Part shown: positions 55,387 to 64,000 of the stretch, piece after piece
How the letters are laid out: every line of letters starts with the position of its first letter
Position numbering within the stretch: position 1 is the first letter of the stretch
The notes under the pieces: generated by a model
The model's database searches: none
The model's input: the letters and a program-made list of their open reading frames with translations, nothing else
What the model was told of the DNA's origin: nothing
From: Chrysomallon squamiferum
Lineage: Eukaryota; Animalia; Mollusca
Assembly: GCA_012295275.1 (NCBI GenBank)
Contig: CM022679.1
Coordinates: 17,174,001-17,238,000 of the forward strand
Length of the DNA: 64,000 nucleotides
Direction of reading: 5' to 3'
Made by a program: the position numbers and the translations under genes

Positions 55387-55518
55387 TCATATCTAGAGCG
55401 AGGCATGGTGCTGGTAACGTATGGGACAGCAATGGTTGACTTTCTGCATGTTAATAATCTTGTTGATGCTCACATCCTAGCAGCCAGAGCACTGACACCA
55501 GAACAAAAATTTGTTGCA
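55387..55518 (+). CDS. SDR42E1: SDR42E1-like exon: SYLERGMVLVTYGTAMVDFLHVNNLVDAHILAARALTPEQKFVA
   Basis: Acceptor aatttacag|, donor GCA|gtaagc. DFLHVNNLVDAHILA matches the 3-beta-HSD-family motif. Confidence 0.94.
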
Positions 55519-55567
55519 GTAAGCACTTTTAACCTTTTAATCTTGTTTATTAGTTAATTAATCTATT

Positions 55568-55600
<33 letters not shown>

Positions 55601-55635
55601 TGATGTTTAGTGTCAGAGTTTATTTCTCTTTCCAG

Positions 55636-55701
55636 GCTGGACAGGTTTATTTTATATCTGATGGAAAACCTATAGAAAATTTTGAATTTTTCAGAACCTT
55701 G
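55636..55701 (+). CDS. SDR42E1: SDR42E1-like exon: AGQVYFISDGKPIENFEFFRTL
   Basis: Acceptor tttctctttccag|, donor TTG|gtgagt. GQxYFISDGxPxxNFEFFR motif. Confidence 0.95.
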
Positions 55702-56782
55702 GTGAGTTATTTAAGAAAACAAATGGTAGGGAATCAAATAACTTTAATGTTAAAATATTTTTAAAACAATTTATATATAAGAAATGTATAATTAAAATAA
55801 ATAAATAATAGTAGTAATAGTAATAGTAATAATATTAAATAAGTAATATTCAAGAGAAGAAGAAAGAAAAAAGAGAAAATTAAATTTAATAAAACAAAAT
55901 AAAGACTAAAAAGCAAATGAAACCTGTATAAGATATTTTTGATGTTTCCAGCAATCACACAGTGAGATTGCACCTTCTTGAGGACAGAGCAGATTTAATA
56001 GGTTTTAGATAATTAAAAGTAATCAGTAAACAAAATTAAAAAGGAAAGTAGAGAAGAAATGAATAAGAAGTAAGGAGACAAATATGTTATGATTCTAATA
56101 AAAACAAAATCCCAATTCTAATATAAAAAAAACATTAAAAAACCACAACAAAAAAAATAAAAATAAATAAACAGCATTGTTGATAGTTGAACCAATGTTA
56201 GTACTGGCTTTTTTTCTGTTTGTTTGTTTGTTATTGAATAAAGAAAAAATAATTATAATGATAGATAATGATAGAAGTGATATAATTAAACATGAACTTA
56301 TAAAGAAAATAATTCATGAGAATTTAAAAAATCAGAAAAGAAATCAGATTTGTTGTTTTTTTTAGAGATTATCTTTCTTTATTATTTTTCAAGTTATCTT
56401 TAAAACGAGGGTTTGTCCTAATTCATTTAAGCATTTATTTTCAAAGCTGTTTTTTTATTTTTCTATTTTATTTAATTTAAAAAAAAAGAAAAAAAAGAAG
56501 AAAAAAAATGCTCTCAGTGCAAAAGCTACAAAGACTGAATACTCAACTTTATTGAAAGTTAAAATAAAATGCTTAACTTCTGTAATGATTAATATTAAAA
56601 TCATGGTATTTGGCATATTAGAATTGTGATATACACTGGTAAAATATAGGCTGAGGTGCGATAATAAGATTCTGTTTTGAATTATATTATGTTGTGCATG
56701 GAGCAAAACAATATTGATCAATAACATTTTTAGAACTAAAAAGTAAAAATATAAATTTTAAATTGTTGTGTTTATTTTCTAG

Positions 56783-56846
56783 TTTGTAGGTCTTGGCTAC
56801 AGCTTTCCTAAAGTGCGTGTACCAGTGACACTGATGTTTTATTTGG
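56783..56846 (+). CDS. SDR42E1: SDR42E1-like exon: FVGLGYSFPKVRVPVTLMFYL(A)
   Basis: Acceptor tttattttctag|, donor G|gtaaaa. GLGYxFP motif. Its phase-1 end matches the next exon. Confidence 0.9.
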
Positions 56847-57238
56847 GTAAAACTTAGACAAACTTTTACTTTGTCTTTTAAATTAAGAATTGAATGATAT
56901 TTACTCTCTAACTTTTGATTTAATTATAATAAATATGTTAAATAATAATAATGATGATGATGATGATAATAACAATAACAGCAATCAGTTCTTTTTCTCT
57001 GGTATAAAATTTATGTACCAGAGATGACATTCGGTAGTTTAAGTTTAGTGTTCTATGTGGATTTGTCCATAAGTTAATTAAATAAAATTTCATAGGAATG
57101 TACTTAATACTGGAAGGTTATTACAAAATATCCATTAAGTTCTGAGTATATCCACATTTCTTAAATCTAGTTTCCTTCATAAGGTGAATTTTGACAAATG
57201 ACATCAATTCTTTTAGTTATTATTTTTCTTTGTTTCAG

Positions 57239-57312
57239 CTTTCATACTTGAATTGATTCACTCAGTTCTGGGTAGAATTTATGATTTTGAAGTATTTCTG
57301 ACAAGAACTGAG
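57239..57312 (+). CDS. SDR42E1: SDR42E1-like exon: (A)FILELIHSVLGRIYDFEVFLTRTE
   Basis: Acceptor tttctttgtttcag|, donor GAG|gtattt. FLTRTE continues into VYKTGVTH of the last exon. Confidence 0.92.
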
Positions 57313-58201
57313 GTATTTTTCAAACATTTGAATTGTTTGTTTAGTACAGCCTTTTGCCCCTTTATATTACTTGTCAGTTTTACGAACATTCTCAAATGTA
57401 TTTAGGTATGAATTCATATATTTTTAAAATATGTTTAATGTTCTACAAACAAACTATGTTTTTGCTTCTTGTATTTAATCACTAAATATAGTGGATAAAG
57501 AATGTTTATTTTAACACTGAGAAATATCAATTTTGATTTAAAAAATTATTATTATAAGTATTGAAATATTAGTTCTTTTGGAGTATTTTCTAAAAAAAAA
57601 AGAGCTTATTCTTCAAAAAATCAAAAACATAATTCTTGAGTTTGAAGTTCAAACCTGTCAAAATCTATCGATAATTTGACTAATGCTGAGTAATGCCATT
57701 TATAAAAACAGTTTATTTTAAAAGAATTTTCAGAGATTGATGACTTAAATTAGAGACAGACAAAAAATCATATGACAAAAACTGTCAGCTTGTTTTAATA
57801 AATGTTTCAGATAAAAGCAATGGTTAACATAACAGCTGGTCATTGTCATCTACCTTTTATTATTTCACACTATTCTGTTCCACATAAATTTAAAATGACC
57901 AATCTTTTAAAACTAATTATTGAGTCTAGTGAATAATCAAGATAGAACCTTTTTAATTATGTGATTTAAAAAAAAAATCCAAAAAACCATTTCATAATGG
58001 ATTTAGCATATATGGAGATATTTTCTTCTATTTAATTTAAACTGTATAAATTCAAAATGGCCAACATCATGTGCAAGTTTACAGTGAAAAATAGCAATAA
58101 AAATATCCTGAAACTTTTGTTTGTTCTAAAGTTCATTATTCTCAGAGTGTATGTTGTCAGTTTTGTTAGTTTGTTACCAGAAGTATTTGTTAAATTATAA
58201 A

Positions 58202-58212
58202 AATAATAATAA

Positions 58213-58244
<32 letters not shown>
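58202..58244. repeat. (AAT)n(TAG)n microsatellite
   Basis: Direct reading; gives the poly-Tyr ORF on the minus strand. Confidence 0.9.
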
Positions 58245-58305
58245 CAATAGTGGGTGATTAACCTCTGAGAATATTAAATTTCTCTGTTTTAATTTTCATT
58301 TGCAG

Positions 58306-58539
58306 GTATACAAGACAGGGGTGACACACACATTCAGTATTGAGAAGGCTCGCAGAGAACTGGGCTATGAACCAGCTGTTCACAATGACATGAATGGTGT
58401 TGTGCAGTTCTACAAACAGAGAGGTCGGATGAAGAAGAAATCACAACAATCATTTGGTTTCTACTTGATGAACATCTTAATTGGATTTCTCATTGCTAGC
58501 ATAATTTTGTCATATTTGCCAATGATATCAGATCTATAA
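58306..58539 (+). CDS. SDR42E1: SDR42E1-like terminal coding exon: VYKTGVTHTFSIEKARRELGYEP...FGFYLMNILIGFLIASIILSYLPMISDL*
   Basis: Acceptor ttttcatttgcag|. FSIEKARRELGY motif, basic stretch, then a hydrophobic C-terminal membrane anchor and TAA stop. Confidence 0.95.
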   Translation, partial: VYKTGVTHTFSIEKARRELGYEPAVHNDMNGVVQFYKQRGRMKKKSQQSFGFYLMNILIGFLIASIILSYLPMISDL

Positions 58540-59543
58540 TATTTAAATGAACATAAACATCAAAAGCATAATTTAAACATTTTAAAAATGTATTTCTTCA
58601 TTTATATCTTTTTCTAAATAATTTCACTTTTATACTGTGATTCGTTAATATAATATTTTCATGTTAACTAGTAGTATTCATTTGGTTGTTCATTTCATGA
58701 CATTTGGAAATTAAATCATATAATTAAAAGATGACTAGGGTTGCTTTTTTTTTTTTTCACTGAATGAAAAGAATTAGCTTAGTTTCAATAAGATGAACCT
58801 TTTTTATGAATTTAATCTAAAAATGAAAAAACATTATAGAGTATTAACAACTTTTTTAATCAAAAATACATTGGCTAAGACATTTATATTTTATTATATT
58901 TACCTGATATGTTGGCAAAAGTATAAATATTTTGGGTTTTTTCTGCAGACCTAAATGATACTGAGATTTCATTGATTGATAACCATTTAAAATATGAAGA
59001 AGAAATTTAGGATCGTCTCTTAAAAGTGGAGACAAATCCAACTATAAAGTTGGATCTTTTGTTGCTGTTGCTTAAGAAAAAAGAAAAAGATGTATAATGT
59101 AAAATAATTAGTCAGAACAGAACAGAACAAGTATGTAAACTTATATTTCAATTCACATCTTTGTTTACTAATATCTGATAGGCTTGGATTGCCCAGCCCA
59201 GCCTTTTTTTTCTAATCATTTTGCACATTTTCATGTTTATTCAATGATAGATATGACTGTTAAAACTTGTAGATTTCTATTTAGTTTTTCTTCTACTTAT
59301 TCTAATAGTCCTCAAACCTTTCAGAATGTTCACTCATTTGTACTAACACCCACAAAACCTCTTAATTTACTGCATGCTTCACTTACTCACTCATTCATTT
59401 GTTTCTTTTTCTTTTTTCCCTCTTTTCCAAAATGTGTTAAAAAAACTGATGAGAAGTACAATAAATTAATATTTGTGACTAGTACCAAAGAAATGACTAA
59501 ATTGGAAAGAAAAAAGAAAAAGCAGACAACGAAGTGAACAGGG

Positions 59544-59560
59544 AATAAATACATTTTATT
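59544..59560. terminator. Back-to-back polyadenylation signals (+ AATAAA 59544-59549; - AATAAA 59560-59555)
   Basis: Sequence gaataaatacattttattc lies between the two convergent genes. The minus-strand signal is followed by a GT/T-rich tract (gttgtctgctttttcttttttctttcc). Confidence 0.4.
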
Positions 59561-62282
59561 CTGGTTTCTCTCACACTGGTCAATTCCTTTGAGGTTATGT
59601 GTAACAGCACATACAAGTCAACATACATAAAAAGCCTAATTAAACCATTTTCATATCAAATAAAAAACAGCTAAGTTAGTAAAATAACTGCTCAACTAAA
59701 AACTGTACTCTGTTGTGTCCTAATAGCAGCACGTAACTGCATTTTGTTTTTCAAAAAGATTTTTTTATATATAAATATTTTAAAAAAATGTTTAAAGCAG
59801 AATGTAAGAAGATAATTTAATGATGAATTCATAAAGCTATGAAACTGTAAAGAACTTTTAAAATTATTTTTTCGCTGATGGAGCAAACATTCTAGACTGC
59901 CTGAGTCAACAATACTCATCAACATGGAGGTGGTTGAGGATCTTGTTTCAAATGTAGACACTGAGGAAAATGATAAAACAGAATGGACTATATGATTTAT
60001 AACTTAAAATATTTGCTACCTCCATGAGACATAAATAAATATGTTACTTTTAGTTTTTGACTTCATTTAAAAAGTTGAAATAGCATAAACAATTAATTGT
60101 AGATGTTATTTTGATAATTATTCTAAAGATTCATTGCAAAAAATTTACTAAATGATTGTTTTCATTATATATAACAGGCTACAGAATATAACACACAAGC
60201 AAGAGATTTTCAAAATGGTGCAATGACTTCTGATACTGCTGTGTTTCAGTGACTTGGAAAGTAATTACTCAGCAGAATAATGACTTTACAAAAGAAAATT
60301 ATATATATATATATATTTAAAAATAATAAATTAATTTTGTTATTAAAACTATTTTTACATGATAATAAATACAAGGACCTAACAAAAATAAAACCTAACA
60401 CAAAATGTACAGGCTAAAATACTTTTACAAAATCCAGTCTATCTAAAATTATCTTCATATAAATGTCTACAGAATATTTTACAAAATCTTACTATAAATA
60501 CATGTGAAAATTTAACACTGACTTTACAAATATTCATCTACTTAAAAAGCAAATTTACTAATGTTTAACACAAATTACTCTCATTATTATGTTCCATTAA
60601 ACACTTTTATTTTGGTTTTATCTACATGAAATGGCCATCAAAGAATAAAACAAACATCAAGATAAACATGACTGGTTATTGTTTATCAGTGTAATATAAT
60701 AATTACCTTTTCTAAATCTAAAAACTTAACTGATATAGGAAGTGTAAGATGCCACAAGCCTGGTTAAATATAAGTAGTATTTGAAAAACAAAATAAAGGT
60801 GCAAAAATTAAGGTAAAAATCAATAGAGATAATTTTTATTTATTTTTTAAAGAATTATGATATCCATGATTTCATAAAAAGTAGATAAACTTAATACAAC
60901 TCTAAATACAAATGTGTTCCTATACAAAGAAAAAACCTGCATCAGCAAACTATGATGAAGTGATGCCCATGTGAACCATGAATTTAAATAACATTAAAAC
61001 TTACTTTACTTTAAAAAACAGTATTCTCAAAATGAAGAACTTTTTCCTACCATTTCTTTTATTTTTGGTTTTATTAATGGCTTATACTTGAGTTTGGAAG
61101 ATTAATTTTAAAAATCACAAACTTTGAATGAGTATTATATGTTACTAACAAATAACACTGAATTTAAAAAAAAACTACAACTGTTAATAAAATAAATATA
61201 TTTGTAAAATTTGGACAAAATGTGACAATATTTCTTCATTTTACAAAAATTAAATTCACAATTGAAAACAACAAACCTGTACAAAGACGACTATCACAAA
61301 TATGTATTTTTCACTTGTGGTTTTATATATCTTGTGAATTTTATAGATTACCTTTGATTTACAACATTCCAAATCTTACAGATAGTAAAACTAAAAAGTA
61401 TGTATTTAATAGAAATTAAAAAAAAGAAAATGATTAAAAATACAAGATATTAAAGGGTGTCTCTGTAACAACAGTAATAATATAACACAAAAATGTATTA
61501 AATTTTTGTTTATATGTTTATGTCTTGTGTATGGCAAGAATTGACAGAATTAATGAAAAGAAAAACAATTTTGTGAAATTCAGTATTGCTTCAGACAGCA
61601 TTCAGTGTGCTTTGTACATCATCAACTAGGTATTGCTAAAAGTTATTAGATTTAGTTTTGTTTTTAGAGACGGACACAACAACTTGTGTTAATAGGAACA
61701 ACTCTTATAAACAGCAATCAAAGAACACCTTCCACTGACAATATTAACATGCTTATACAAAATGCCACTGACAAAAAAATCTGGTCTGCATTTGAGAAAT
61801 TTACTAAGTTATAGAAGTAAAAATATTCTGCACTTTATAATGTTAATTTTCAATAGTTTTAAATTTTATAATTATCTTTACTGTTTTTAAATTATTATTT
61901 ATTTATTTAGAATAAACAATATATATTTTACTATATATCAAAAAAGTCAGTGTCAGTTTTAAATTCTAATCAATGTCATTATCACAGAATTTAAAACCCC
62001 AAATATGAAAAAGAATTAAATTATGTCATATAAATTCACTAAAATTATTTTAAAATGTATTCTGTCATGAAATAAAGAAAAGGACTTTTTTTTTATTGTG
62101 AAAATAGGCTGCTGGCCAAATTAAACATCTTGTCTTCACATTTAGTTTTAGTTTTACATAATAAATTACAAAAGACGAGAGCTTGCTTTGCAGGAATCCA
62201 TTTTGTTGTGCCAACAGCATTTCCTCCATTTGATTTGTTGTCATATGACAGTTGTAGTAGCAGCTGTACACAGCTTGTCAGA

Positions 62283-62455
62283 TCACACAGACAGAGACAC
62301 GAAGCTGTTGTACTGTGAGATGTTTCTCTTGAGGATTTCAGAACAGGGACCCAGAACTCGTTCAAAGCGAGACCTGTCTAGTTTGACACATTTGAGAGGC
62401 CCGCGAGCGACAACTGTAGCAGCACGTGGCCGGTCTAACAGCAAAGCTATTTCAC
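62283..62455 (-). CDS. PRKAR1A: PKA type I regulatory subunit, terminal coding exon: (G)[56 protein letters not shown]
   Basis: Minus-strand acceptor ttttttttcag|. Contains the phosphate-binding cassette GEIALL..RPRAATV of cAMP-binding domain B and the RI-type C-terminus YNSFVSLSV; TGA stop. Invertebrate co-ortholog of PRKAR1A/B. Confidence 0.97.
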
Positions 62456-62916
62456 CTGAAAAAAATCATTAAAAAGATAATAATTTTTATAAAGTTGGTA
62501 AACTGTTTAACAGGCAATGATAGAATTTTATAATTATACATATCTAAAAAGATTTAAATATTAGAAGTAATTTTGTTAAATGCAATGCTGTCAATGTTAG
62601 TTCTACGGTCTGTACATTTGTAACTACAGTTGTCTGTATTTTACAATATATTTACATGCATTATATTTATTAGACAAGTGAGTTGTTAAAATCAGATATG
62701 CTTTACTAGAATTGTGTGGTGGTAAAGGACAATAAGAAGTATATAAGAATCAGTCTACCTGTGTCCTTCAAATCAGTAGTGTTATGTCCTATATAAACAA
62801 CATATATACATACCAAACAGATAATAGCATCTTCATTTTTTTCTTTCCTTTTATCATTAGATACAGATACAGATATATAAATCATTAGAAAAATAGTGTT
62901 AAAAATTGTAACTAAC

Positions 62917-62998
62917 CAAAATAATCTGACACTGCTAGTCGGCCAACTTCCACTGGCTCCTCGTTTTCAGCTCGGCGTTGAAGAACAGCAGCAGTCCC
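62917..62998 (-). CDS. PRKAR1A: PKA type I regulatory subunit exon: [27 protein letters not shown](G)
   Basis: Minus-strand acceptor tttaaacag|, donor G|gttagt, 82 nt. Phases are compatible with both neighbours. Confidence 0.95.
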
Positions 62999-63684
62999 CT
63001 GTTTAAACATCGGTTTAATTTTTATATATTACCTTAAAAACAATAATCTCAAAAGCAAAATAAATGTAAAAATGTTCCTGCAACTTGTGATGACATGTAT
63101 ATTAAGATGTAAACTATTAAAATATTTCAGAACAGGTTCACATGACAATACTGTGATGTTTTGGGAAATACATTAAGTAATCTATGGGGAGAAAAAACAA
63201 AAACAAACAAGGATGGATAACTCCTACTGACTTGAAATATTTCTAAGGAAAGACTATCTATTTTTAGCAACATCAGAATATTTATTACTGGTTCATTCAA
63301 ACTTAAATCTTTACTTCAGGGTTTGTATCATTATTTTTATCTTTACATAACAAAAACTTCCAACATTTGGCATTCCCATTTTTGTACTGTAACAAACTTA
63401 ACATACAAAACAAAACAAAATCCTCCCAAAAACCAACCAGTCTTTTAGTCTTTAAGGATTAAAAAAAAAAAAAATTATAATTAAAATAAATAAGGAAAAA
63501 AACCCCAGAAAAAGGTAAACTTTTATAAACTAAGGGAAATTTTTAAAAAAAAAACCCTCAGAGGCCCCAGTGCAAAATAAGAAAGTTCTGTTTTTAAAGA
63601 GAAATGAAGTGACAGTATGACCTAATTTGCACTAACAATAACAAAATGATGCTAACAAGTCTGACAGCATGGTATTTCACTAAC

Positions 63685-63806
63685 CTCCAATATAATGAAG
63701 AAATCATCTCCTGCTTCTCCTTGTCTCACAATTTCCTCTCCATCCTCAAACTGAACTGGCTCAAGTGAGTCAGCAACTGTCAATCTCTCCCACTTATCAA
63801 GATTTT
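63685..63806 (-). CDS. PRKAR1A: PKA type I regulatory subunit exon: (E)[40 protein letters not shown]
   Basis: Minus-strand acceptor ttttaacacag|, donor GAG|gttagt, 122 nt. [11 protein letters not shown] starts cAMP-binding domain B. The gene continues beyond the window end. Confidence 0.96.
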
Positions 63807-64000
63807 CTGTGTTAAAAATAATTTACATCTTCATTATCTTACAATTCCAGTTAGCCTCAATATATAAACTGAAAACACTTCTTCTCACACAAAACTGATA
63901 AAAAAGTATATAATAATAATAATAATAGTAGTGTGATAATTACAGTAATAATAAATTAATTCAGATAACTAATGATATATATATTTAACATTTATAATTA

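Larger units (their letters stand above)
36204..58539 (+). other. SDR42E1: Span of the 5'-partial spliced SDR42E1-like gene (8 coding exons in window; 903 nt = 300 aa + stop)
   Basis: All eight exons have GT-AG boundaries with compatible phases. They join into one open frame colinear with the SDR42E1 sequence as I recall it (VYTSTxNVxFGGQ, YSxTK, GIYGPGEQR, YFISDG, LTRTEVYKTGVTH, C-terminal TM helix). Confidence 0.93.

Noticed and set aside
56996-57024. 9-bp inverted repeat tctctggta...taccagaga (a similar 8-bp one lies at 25890-25912)
   Set aside because: Too short for a MITE or pre-miRNA; such stems are expected by chance in 64 kb of AT-rich DNA.
62065-62472. Four ORF-track entries around 62.1-62.5 kb
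   Set aside because: They are alternative-frame or antisense shadows of the PKA-RI terminal exon and its 3'UTR.

Overview
AT-rich, CpG-depleted, intron-rich animal genomic DNA. It is probably molluscan, inferred only from a recalled resemblance of its SINE-like repeat. Two spliced protein-coding genes converge tail-to-tail. (1) + strand: eight exons (36204-58539, 300 codons plus stop) of a short-chain dehydrogenase/reductase family 42E gene (3-beta-HSD-like, SDR42E1). I found no exons for its N-terminal ~90 aa NAD-binding segment, so 1-36203 is read as part of one intron of more than 36 kb. (2) - strand: the last three coding exons (63806-62283) of the cAMP-dependent protein kinase type I regulatory subunit. 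The giant intron contains well-formed, apparently non-coding minus-strand exons (33040-33003 and 21071-20558), suggesting a nested antisense transcript. It also holds a CpG-retaining patch, decayed copies of one SINE-like family and several minisatellites. Other oddities are a tandem-duplicated splice acceptor/exon start carrying a stop codon, back-to-back poly(A) signals between the genes, and a ~19-copy 36-bp array. No prokaryotic-type system (CRISPR, operon) is present, and nearly all ORF-track entries are non-coding noise. All coordinates and counts were obtained by manual reading.
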